DNA of 37,482 nucleotides, from positions 1 to 37,482 of the IMG/VR virus record IMGVR_UViG_2565956717_000009; one strand, given 5' to 3'. Made by a program: the position numbers and the translations under genes. How positions within the stretch are numbered: the first letter of the stretch is position 1; each line of letters opens with the position of its first letter. Origin of the DNA: a virus. Lineage: Duplodnaviria > Heunggongvirae > Uroviricota > Caudoviricetes. Positions 37,282 through 37,482 of the stretch are shown here, piece after piece. The notes under the pieces were generated by a model. It was given only the letters and a program-made list of their open reading frames with translations, was not told the origin of the DNA and did no database searches.

Positions 37282-37482
37282 ATGCAACACGAACTACAAC
37301 CTGATTCACTGGTTGATTTGAAATTCATCATGGCTGATACTGGCTTTGGTAAAACCTTCATCTACGACCGGATTAAGTCCGGCGACCTGCCTAAAGCCAA
37401 AGTTATCCACGGTCGAGCAAGATGGTTATATCGTGACCATTGTGAATTCAAAAATAAGCTCTTAAGCCGCGCCAATGGGTAA
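37282..37482 (+). CDS. AlpA/excisionase-family small DNA-binding protein
   Basis: 66 aa; ...LVDLKFIMADTGFGKTFIYDRIKSGDLPKAKVIHGRARW... resembles AlpA/Xis-type winged-helix proteins; stop is the last codon of the window. Confidence 0.55.
   Translation: MQHELQPDSLVDLKFIMADTGFGKTFIYDRIKSGDLPKAKVIHGRARWLYRDHCEFKNKLLSRANG

Overview
The window is a nearly complete mosaic lambdoid prophage, reconstructed by reading the six-frame translations and the DNA by eye; no BLAST or HMM search was possible, so all protein identifications rest on recalled sequences and motifs. Minus strand, from the window start: a P22/CUS-3-like virion module (endosialidase-type tailspike, ejection proteins gp16/gp20/gp7, gp14, tail needle gp26, gp10, gp4, coat, scaffold, portal, TerL, TerS); a phage-21-type lysis cassette (dual-start pinholin, SAR endolysin, Rz with embedded Rz1); lambda-type Q and pR'; a nin region (NinB/E/F, Rha, YbcO-like, RusA, NinH); DnaB-like helicase and O-like initiator with internal iterons; cII with antisense OOP RNA; cro. 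Plus strand: lambda-type cI with OR and OL/PL operators, a P22-type N with P22-type boxB nut sites, and an early-left operon (Ea10-like, cIII, Kil-like, RecT, Ea22-like, DUF550/551, AlpA/Xis-like at the edge). Integrase and att sites are not in the window. The most interesting loci are accessory cargo: (1) a translationally coupled two-gene cassette in the rexAB position downstream of cI, the second gene encoding an XhlA-like tail-anchored membrane protein, which is the best candidate for an undescribed exclusion/abortive-infection system; (2) a three-gene A+T-rich cluster in the immI/sieA position beside an orphan mnt, including a small HExxH protein; (3) an HNH homing endonuclease inserted between gp10 and gp26; (4) a YkgJ-family CxxCxxCC gene antisense to the late operon; (5) a DUF2829 (Tad2-family-like) gene after the spanins; (6) an unknown gene after N in the sieB/ral position.
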